From assembly GCA_027337125.1 (NCBI GenBank), contig GCA_027337125.1_3057.1: a DNA stretch of 64,000 bases. One strand, given 5' to 3'. Position 1 is the stretch's first letter, and each line of letters begins with the position of its first letter. Positions 60,900 through 64,000 of this stretch are shown one piece after another. Below the pieces are notes generated by a model. That model was not told the origin of the DNA and did no database searches. It saw nothing but the letters and a program-made list of their open reading frames with translations. The stretch comes from a phage. The position numbers were made by a program, and so were the translations under genes.

Positions 60900-61402
60900 G
60901 TACCTTTAACTTCCATAAGAACATGGAAATCATGGAAGGTAATGCCAAGATTATGAAGTTCATTGCACGTGATGAGCAGCTTCACCTTAAAGGCACTCAA
61001 TATATTATTCGTCAGCTTCAATCCGGTACTGATGGTGATGAATGGGTTAAAATTGCTCAAGAGTGTGAACAAGAAGCAGTTGATATTTTCATGGAAGTTA
61101 ACCGTCAAGAAAAAGACTGGGCAGTTCATTTATTTAAAGATGGCGATGTTCCTGGATTAAATACAAATAGCATGTGGAGCTTTATTGATTACTTAACTGT
61201 ATCTCGTATGAAACAGTGTGGTCTTCCATGCCCAATTACCGATGCTCCGGTTAAACACCCATATCCTTGGATTCGTGAATATCTTAATTCTGATAATGTT
61301 CAATCCGCGCCACAAGAAGTAGAACTGTCATCTTACCTTGTTGCACAGATTGATAATGATGTTGATGATAAAGTTATGATGAGTTTTAAAAAATACTTTT
61401 AA
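60900..61402 (+). CDS. nrdB: Ribonucleotide reductase small subunit NrdB, exon 2
   Basis: (C)TFNFHKNMEIMEGNAKIMKFIARDEQLHL... continues R2; joined product about 392 aa. Confidence 0.9.
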
Positions 61403-61429
61403 GGAGTGGGCCGCAAGGCCCATTTTATT

Positions 61430-63017
<1,588 letters not shown>

Positions 63018-63078
63018 GCTGTTTACAAGTCCCTCGTGTTGTGTTATAGTAGTCTTACTGACATAACATGAGGACTTT

Positions 63079-63585
63079 ATGATGGATTTACAACTTATTA
63101 CTACTGAAATGGTCGTTGAAGCATATGGTGATACTACAGATGGGATTTCTGTATTTAAAGGAAATCGTCGAGTTGGATATATCACCGATCTTAAGAAAGA
63201 TTTAGCTAAGCAAGTCAAGCGGAAAACGACCATTAAAGAATATCGAAATCGTCGTCTTGAGCAAGCCCGTGATATGCTTCCTGATGCGGTTGAGGAGATG
63301 AAAGTCTTTTTAGAAAATCAGCTTGCGAAATATGATTGTGAAGTGTTTATTAATCAGACTCAACCTAATGTTCATATCAATAATTGTAAATGCTACATCA
63401 TCGTTAATCCTTTGACGGGAAAACATCGTCTTGGAATTAGTAATCCAAATCGTAGTGCATCAGATATGGCAGAAGATGTTGAGGCATGCTTTAAAATTTC
63501 TAAATCTCCAGCTAAACATCATATTTTAATTAACGGTCTTTCTCAAGACGATATTGTAGAGGTTATTAAAACTTTATGCATGTAA
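63079..63585 (+). CDS. alc: Alc (blocks transcription of cytosine-containing DNA)
   Basis: About 168 aa; position after gene 63 as in T4. Confidence 0.75.
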   Translation: MMDLQLITTEMVVEAYGDTTDGISVFKGNRRVGYITDLKKDLAKQVKRKTTIKEYRNRRLEQARDMLPDAVEEMKVFLENQLAKYDCEVFINQTQPNVHINNCKCYIIVNPLTGKHRLGISNPNRSASDMAEDVEACFKISKSPAKHHILINGLSQDDIVEVIKTLCM

Positions 63586-63929
63586 GTAATTTTACAGCTG
63601 GATTGCTATTACTTGTAATAGCATTTGGCGGAACATCTATTATTTTAAAAAATAAGGTAGAAAGATTAGAAACATCGGTTACTGAAATTACAAAAACGGC
63701 CAATGAAAACGCTTTAGCATTGAATGATTTAAAAATTCAATATAATTATATTGATGCGATGAATAATAAAAATCGTGAGGCAATTGCTGCTATTGAGCGT
63801 GAAAATGAAAAACTGCGCAAAGATGCAAAGAAGGCGGATGTGGTGGCTCATAAGCCAGGATTGGTTGAAAAACAAATCAACAACTCCTTCAACAAGTTCG
63901 CAGAAGACATCCAGGACCTTTCTAAATGA
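63576..63929 (+). CDS. Hypothetical membrane-anchored coiled-coil protein (117 aa), pseT.3 position
   Basis: N-terminal TM segment then charged helical region. Confidence 0.55.
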   Translation: MHVSNFTAGLLLLVIAFGGTSIILKNKVERLETSVTEITKTANENALALNDLKIQYNYIDAMNNKNREAIAAIERENEKLRKDAKKADVVAHKPGLVEKQINNSFNKFAEDIQDLSK

Positions 63930-64000
63930 TTAAACTATCAGCAGTAATATTATCTATTGGTCTTCTAGTTGGTTGTTCGACAAAGCCTCTAGAAGTAAAG
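63926..64000 (+). CDS. Putative lipoprotein, 3'-truncated by window edge
   Basis: ATGA-coupled start; signal peptide with LLVGCS lipobox. Confidence 0.45.
   Translation, partial: MIKLSAVILSIGLLVGCSTKPLEVK

Overview
This 64-kb window is a contiguous piece of a T-even (T4-like, Tevenvirinae) phage genome, almost entirely coding. It runs from the 3' part of DNA polymerase gene 43 on the + strand through imm, 42, uvsX, 40, 41, dmd, sp, 61, dam, 56, soc, modB/modA, srd, dda, dexA, 39, rIIA/rIIB, denB, ndd, stp, ac, 52, motA and asiA. A late-gene block on the - strand follows (t, 38, 37, 36, 35, 34), then + strand rnh, dsbA, 33, 59, 32, frd, td (group I intron with I-TevI), nrdA, mobE, nrdB (group I intron with full-length I-TevIII), denA, 63 and alc. 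Gene calls rest on reading the translations against well-known T-even proteins, conserved motifs, RBS/start context and synteny; no database search was run. Regulatory signals are dense and readable: GTTTAC-type early promoters, candidate MotA-box middle promoters, TATAAATA late promoters and many UUCG/GNRA-capped hairpins. The backbone is T4-like but several cassette choices look T2/T6/RB-like rather than T4: an unsplit 605-aa gene 39, a GT2-like glycosyltransferase at the beta-gt locus, a glycine-rich gp38 adhesin, and an intact nrdB-intron endonuclease. The most interesting loci are a possibly novel two-gene module between primase and dam, repeated promoter cassettes (PeSL-like), a 27-bp direct-repeat-flanked ORF after rIIB, and a cluster of homing endonucleases. 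No tRNA, rRNA, CRISPR or integrase was seen.
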